A DNA stretch of 32,000 nt, taken from positions 10,854 through 42,853 of the forward strand of contig SUPR01000018.1 in assembly GCA_005191425.1 (NCBI GenBank). Reading direction: 5' to 3'. The position numbers were made by a program, and so were the translations under genes. Below the pieces are notes generated by a model that did not search any database, was not told where the DNA came from, and saw only the letters and a list, made by a program, of their open reading frames with translations. This DNA is from Candidatus Helarchaeota ASGARD archaeon Hel_GB_B (GTDB lineage: Archaea; Asgardarchaeota; Lokiarchaeia; Helarchaeales; HEL-GB-B). The stretch's first letter is position 1. Each line of letters starts with the position of its first letter. Shown here one piece after another: positions 27,309 through 32,000 of this stretch.

Positions 27309-27823
27309 ATTCCACTTTGTATAATATGATTTTAAAAGATATTATCAATTCTTATATCATTCTCTAATTGATAGAACTTTATTATTAAATTTGGATTCGT
27401 TTTTTTAATTATAAATTTTGATTAATAGCTAGATTATTTTAGGCTCGTCAAAAACTCTTGAATATCAACTAAAATTAAGAAATTTTTTACTTCAAATTTT
27501 TGGGCTGAAATTTTTTTTTATATCTTTAATTTCGGAAAAATTTTGGGGATCTCACGAATTGTAAAATATTTAATCAAATAGAGATTATTTCCATAACTAA
27601 TATTACAATTTTTTCTCTCAAAATTTATTTAAATACCTTTTTAAAACCCAGAATTTTCTTCTTTTTTAATAATCTTTATCGAATATTTCTTACTTTTATA
27701 AATTGAAACTTATCATCTTATCTACGTTTATAAAAATTATTTGAACCGAGACTATAGTTAATCTCTCATCCATCATTATCATTATCTGAGTCATTTAGGT
27801 TTAGGTCTATTTTTACATAAATA

Positions 27824-28239
27824 TTAATGAATTCTATTTACTAATCCATTAAAATTACTATCAAAACTGGCTAAATATATAATATTGTATTTATCCATTA
27901 AATATAGAGTAGAACAATCTGTAAAACTTAAAAATTTTGGCCTATTAATTTGTTGATTAAATAAATTATAAATTTGATATATATCATCCAAAGTAATGTC
28001 AAGTATATGACAAACTTTTGTTTTGGGTCTAAAAAAATCCCACGTTTCATTTATTATTTTACTGTTTTTTGTTCTTCTCCAAATAAGGTCATTAATTCGT
28101 CTATGATAAATGTAGAACTAAATTGAGTCCCAAATTCTTTCTTAGCAATCCTCTCTAATATTTTAATCGCATTATTATAATTTGGATCCTTCTTAAATTT
28201 AAGTGCAAAGAAAAACCCAGTATCTAAAAAAATAGCCAT
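27824..28239 (-). pseudogene. vapC: VapC-like PIN-domain toxin (about 138 aa) with a one-base frameshift near 28081-28090
   Basis: First frame: MAIFLDTGFFFAL...DPNYNNA...STFIIDELMTL. The -1 frame continues WRRTKNSKIINETWDFF...LSFTDCSTLYLMDKYNIIYLASFDSNFNGLVNRIH*, which supplies the C-terminal PIN motifs SFTD and SFD. Confidence 0.85.
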
Positions 28240-28256
28240 TTAATTACCCTATTATC

Positions 28257-28520
28257 CTAAAAACCATAAATATCTGTATCTTCATCTTTAATAGTATTAT
28301 ATTTAATATCAACAGCTGAATTTATTATCTTCTCAATCCTTTCAGGTGATATCTCGATAAACTTGAAATTATCTTCAATGAATTTATCTATATTCTTAGA
28401 TAAATATTCAATACTCTTATCCAGAATTTCTTGTTGAGAAAATCTTTTTCCTAACTTAAGTGTTAACATTGCTTGAATTTTTTCTAATAATTTTTTGTTT
28501 TTTATCTTTACAACTGACAT
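28257..28520 (-). CDS. Probable antitoxin (VapB-like small DNA-binding protein)
   Basis: 87-aa ORF ending 17 bp before the PIN gene. MSVVKIKNKKLLEKIQAML...SQQEILDKSI resembles a ribbon-helix-helix protein. Confidence 0.65.
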   Translation of the reverse strand: MSVVKIKNKKLLEKIQAMLTLKLGKRFSQQEILDKSIEYLSKNIDKFIEDNFKFIEISPERIEKIINSAVDIKYNTIKDEDTDIYGF

Positions 28521-28891
28521 TTGGTTTATTTAAATTATATAAATATAAGAAATTTACTAGTATATTTTTTATATTTTTATATTTTTATGTTCAAATATAA
28601 CAAGAATTTATAATCCTTTTTACTGTCAGAAAAAGAGTTTGAAACTCTAAGTCCGATATCACCACAACTTTTAAGAAAAATTTATATCTACCTTAAATAA
28701 TCCTATCCGATTATCGATTATTGATAGATATTTTAAAATTAGCATTAATATTGAATAAAAAAATTATCCTATAATTAACAGTCCAATAAATATGATTTCC
28801 ATTCTCAATATTCTTTTAAAAAATTTTGTTATATTAAAATTTTAAATAAAAAATAGTTTGAAATTTGAAATGAATTATTTTTTAGAAACTT

Positions 28892-30340
28892 TTAATCGAT
28901 TAATTCATTCAAAATTTCAAGTAAATCCAAAACTTTACCTTCAAATTTCATTTTAAATTCTTCTGCTGCCTGCCCCATGTTCAACTCGCAGAATGGACAC
29001 GCAGTCATAAGTATATCTGCACCAGTTGCTTCCGCTTCTTCTATCCGCCTTTTTGCACCCTCGAGAGCAAAATCAGGATATCCCGCCTTTACACCACCGC
29101 CTGCACAACAACAAAGAGAATTTTCACCTATTCGATACATTTCTTTTAATTCCATTCCAGGAATATTTCTGATTATGGCTCTTGGCATTTCAATCCATCT
29201 TTCTCGTTCGAATTTTGATGGAACATATGTACGCCACATGTTTGAATCGCCTTCACCTGTAACTTCATCTATTGCTTTATCTTTTAGATAATGACAAAAA
29301 TGACGGACTGTATGACATGGGTCATGCCATGTAACTGCACCTTTGGTCCACTTTTTCTCAATCTTCAATTTATTCTCATGAAACTCGGCTGGAAAAGGTA
29401 CCCCACCCCTTTTAGAATATTTTGGACAAAAATCATTTCCACAATATTCAGCATCAGGGTCATTCCATTTCCCACAAGCTGGACATTTGATCAACATTAA
29501 TTCAGCTATTAATTCAATCACATGCTTTGGGTTATATTTAAGTTCTACTTCACTGAACCGTTCATAATCAATTTTCATAGTCCTATAACAGCCAGCGCAA
29601 CTAAAAACTACTGTTTCATATTTGTTGAATTTCTCAACATTTATTCTCATGACCTTCTTTGCTACATCTAATTGACCAGTCCTGAAAATAACACTACCAC
29701 AACACACTTCATCTGATAATATCGTAAAATCTGGTATGTAGCCCTTTTTCTGTAATTTATTTAAAATGTCTTCCGTAGCTCGCGCCATGTCGTTCATTCG
29801 ATAAGCAGCTGTACATCCAACAAAATAGGCGATCTTTGCATTGGGATTATCAATTTTGCTTTTGTCAGTCACCCATGCAGTACGGTTTTTATGCTCCTCA
29901 TTATAAGGATTATTTTTTGTATCAATAAGATCACGTAAGCCCTTATGTTTTGGGAGTAGTTCTACACCAGCCTCAACAAGAGCTGCACGTAGAGCTTCAT
30001 TAATAGGAACTGTTGGTAAGTTATTTTCACATTGCATTGAACAAAGTCCACATGTAGGACATCGATAAAGAATATCGTAAATTTCTTGACGAGTTTTTTT
30101 GTCATGAATGTCCAAATCACCCTCAAGGACAGCTCTTGCTATCCACATGCGCCCTGCATTCCAATATCCTTCCCAGCCATATTCTATACCTGCTGGACAG
30201 CCATCCATCATTCCTTCATATAAGACGCCATTATGCTCGCCCAATCCTTCTCTGTTGGGCTCTCCAGAGTAGGCAAACCTACATGCCCTGCAATGTATGC
30301 ACTTATACAAGTCGTCCTTAAATTTTAATAACTCTTCCAT
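28892..30340 (-). CDS. HdrD/GlcF-like Fe-S oxidoreductase (2x[4Fe-4S] plus 2 CCG domains) with an internal zinc-ribbon insertion
   Basis: CIHCRAC...CP, CPTCGLCSMQC, YFVGC, VCCGS, CAGC, WHDPCH, CCCAGGG, TACPFC. ATG 30340 follows GGTGA (the track starts at GTG 30352). Confidence 0.9.
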   Translation of the reverse strand: MEELLKFKDDLYKCIHCRACRFAYSGEPNREGLGEHNGVLYEGMMDGCPAGIEYGWEGYWNAGRMWIARAVLEGDLDIHDKKTRQEIYDILYRCPTCGLCSMQCENNLPTVPINEALRAALVEAGVELLPKHKGLRDLIDTKNNPYNEEHKNRTAWVTDKSKIDNPNAKIAYFVGCTAAYRMNDMARATEDILNKLQKKGYIPDFTILSDEVCCGSVIFRTGQLDVAKKVMRINVEKFNKYETVVFSCAGCYRTMKIDYERFSEVELKYNPKHVIELIAELMLIKCPACGKWNDPDAEYCGNDFCPKYSKRGGVPFPAEFHENKLKIEKKWTKGAVTWHDPCHTVRHFCHYLKDKAIDEVTGEGDSNMWRTYVPSKFERERWIEMPRAIIRNIPGMELKEMYRIGENSLCCCAGGGVKAGYPDFALEGAKRRIEEAEATGADILMTACPFCELNMGQAAEEFKMKFEGKVLDLLEILNELID

Positions 30341-30352
30341 TTTCAAAATCAC

Positions 30353-31888
30353 CTATTTTTTTCTAAAACCTACCAAATATTTTGGAGTTTCTTTAGGACC
30401 CCATGGAAATGCAAGTCTACCGGGATGCATAATCATATTGGGGTCAATAAGCTCTTTCACTTTTTTCAGCATTCTATATGACATATCGGCTTTTTCAAAC
30501 GTTAAAGGAGCGTGGATAGAGGGATTTGGTCTATAATTTACCCAGCCTTTATCGAGGAAGACCTTAGTGACCTCGGTTTCGCACGCTTCGAGTCGTTCGA
30601 AGTCTTCCGTTTTGCGGCTATCGAAGCAAAAAATTGGCATAATGATAGCTTCGCGGCAGTGGTCAATTGATGCATACCACATTACTGGAGGAAAGTCATA
30701 TTTTTCCATTAGGTCGCAATATATGGTCATACATTCAGCAGCATCAACCCACGGAGTGTACCAAGTTACAAATAAAAACCCTTGTTCCCATTGGCCATAG
30801 GAAATGGCTATTTTATTGGGCTTTAATAATCGGCTTTGAATTTGAAGTGGATGTAATTTCCATTCATAAACTTTACCTTTAGCGGACGGTTTAAAATCCT
30901 CTAAAATAATTTTGTCAAGTTTATTACAGACAAAGTCAAGTTCTTCTTGAGAGTGAGCCCAAATTTCAAAATTCATAAAATATTTAGGGATTCCGAGATT
31001 TTTCCAATAATCATATTTTTTAGGTATTTTTTCTTTTCGCCATCGAGTGGGAACGAGCCACCAATTTCCACCTTGTACCATTACGAAATGATCGGCAATG
31101 CCCATTTCGTATTTAGAAGCCATTAAAGTAGCGTTTTGAGAATCTTCCCAGTTTTCAAAACCATAAGCTTTAACGGTTTTAAATTTAGGGTGTGGGACGA
31201 TCTTTAAAGCTGCTTTAGTTATAACGCCCATTGCTCCTTGACTTCCAAAAAAAAGGCTGTGTAAATCGGGGCCAAGTCCATATTTATAAAATGGTTTAGC
31301 GCCTGGGAGTCCCCATGAGCCAGTTCTGAAGATTTCGCCAGTAGGGAGGACAACTTCCATTCCTAGTACCATATCAGCTTGGGGGCCGTATCTGCCTGTG
31401 ACTAGTGAGAAGCCTCTTTCAATAGCATCGCCCATAATGGTTGCAGCTGGAGGTGCGCCGTCTGCGATAGGGGGGGCCCATTCTGGATAGTGTTTATGGA
31501 AATATGCCCAAATTTCTCCTGCTCGGACGCCAGGTTCAACTATAACATAACGGTCATTAGTATCGACTTCAATAATTCTGTTCATTCTGCTGCAGTCTAG
31601 AAGTATTCCCCCATTTTTTAGGAGTGGGAGAGCAAATCCGCCGGAAAGTCCACCAGCCATAGGAGTAACAGGGATTTTATGTTCATTTGCAAGTATGAGA
31701 ATTTTTTGAATTTCTTCAGGAGTAATAGGTCGTACTACAACATTTGGAGGTGCTGCCCTAATACCCATTATACCGCGAGCCATGTATGCATGCATCATTG
31801 CCGGAATATCATTGACATATTCTTCACCGACGATTTCTTTTAATTTTTTAATTATATTCTCATCGATTTCATTATAAATAATCGACAT
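30353..31888 (-). CDS. FAD-binding oxidoreductase, VAO/PCMH (GlcD/D-lactate dehydrogenase-like) family
   Basis: PNVVVRP...GGLSGG...LLDCSRMNRIIEVD...VEPGV...VLGMEVVLPTGEI...GPDL..LFFGSQGAMGVIT...DPNMIMHPG. Translationally coupled to the HdrD-like gene. Confidence 0.9.
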   Translation of the reverse strand: MSIIYNEIDENIIKKLKEIVGEEYVNDIPAMMHAYMARGIMGIRAAPPNVVVRPITPEEIQKILILANEHKIPVTPMAGGLSGGFALPLLKNGGILLDCSRMNRIIEVDTNDRYVIVEPGVRAGEIWAYFHKHYPEWAPPIADGAPPAATIMGDAIERGFSLVTGRYGPQADMVLGMEVVLPTGEIFRTGSWGLPGAKPFYKYGLGPDLHSLFFGSQGAMGVITKAALKIVPHPKFKTVKAYGFENWEDSQNATLMASKYEMGIADHFVMVQGGNWWLVPTRWRKEKIPKKYDYWKNLGIPKYFMNFEIWAHSQEELDFVCNKLDKIILEDFKPSAKGKVYEWKLHPLQIQSRLLKPNKIAISYGQWEQGFLFVTWYTPWVDAAECMTIYCDLMEKYDFPPVMWYASIDHCREAIIMPIFCFDSRKTEDFERLEACETEVTKVFLDKGWVNYRPNPSIHAPLTFEKADMSYRMLKKVKELIDPNMIMHPGRLAFPWGPKETPKYLVGFRKK

Positions 31889-32000
31889 AAAGACACCTCA
31901 TTAAAAATGTCTGTTTTTTTATAATCTTTATAAAATTACAATTGGACAAATTAGGTATATTTAACTCTGGACTTAGCTTTAAATATTTTTCAATATAAAT

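Noticed and set aside
27309-27823. Possible decayed gene or stop-codon recoding (Sec/Pyl) in the 500-bp gap downstream of vapC
   Set aside because: The minus-strand frames I translated are broken by multiple stops, mostly TAA. There is no recognisable motif or SECIS-like GC hairpin, and the segment cannot be told apart from AT-rich noncoding DNA.
1-32000. CRISPR arrays, tRNA/rRNA genes, IS elements or prophage genes
   Set aside because: I saw no regularly spaced direct repeats, GC-rich structured RNA segments, transposase or integrase ORFs, or terminal inverted repeats.

Overview
AT-rich archaeal chromosomal window with GGTGA/GGAGGT-type ribosome-binding sites. It is most likely from an Asgard archaeon (Loki/Hel-like); this is inferred from a Roadblock-small GTPase fusion, a PAC2 chaperone, a geranylgeranyl reductase and zinc-ribbon-decorated enzymes. 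Most of the window is anaerobic metabolism and housekeeping: a MetV-like gene with iorA-iorB, IMPase, geranylgeranyl reductase, a DNA methyltransferase, DUF89, a corrinoid protein, thiolase, an aminotransferase, an ADP-forming acyl-CoA synthetase alpha subunit, a NifX-like protein, and a GlcD-like FAD oxidoreductase with an HdrD-like Fe-S partner. The central 12.6-21.6 kb is rich in eukaryote-like or proteostasis genes: a Roadblock-Rab-like GTPase fusion with a non-canonical G3, a subtilisin with a C-terminal membrane anchor and no signal peptide, a SNAP/TPR-like solenoid plus tandem Ig protein, and PAC2 (HbYX tail) with Hsp20. The best candidate novelty is a 220-aa ubiquitin-like domain ending in an internal PIGG, fused to an E2/UBC-fold domain with an altered active site. 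Two genes missed or truncated by the ORF track (geranylgeranyl reductase, VapC toxin) are each restored by adding one base. I saw no rRNA, tRNA, CRISPR array or transposase. All family assignments come from motif recognition by eye, not from database searches.
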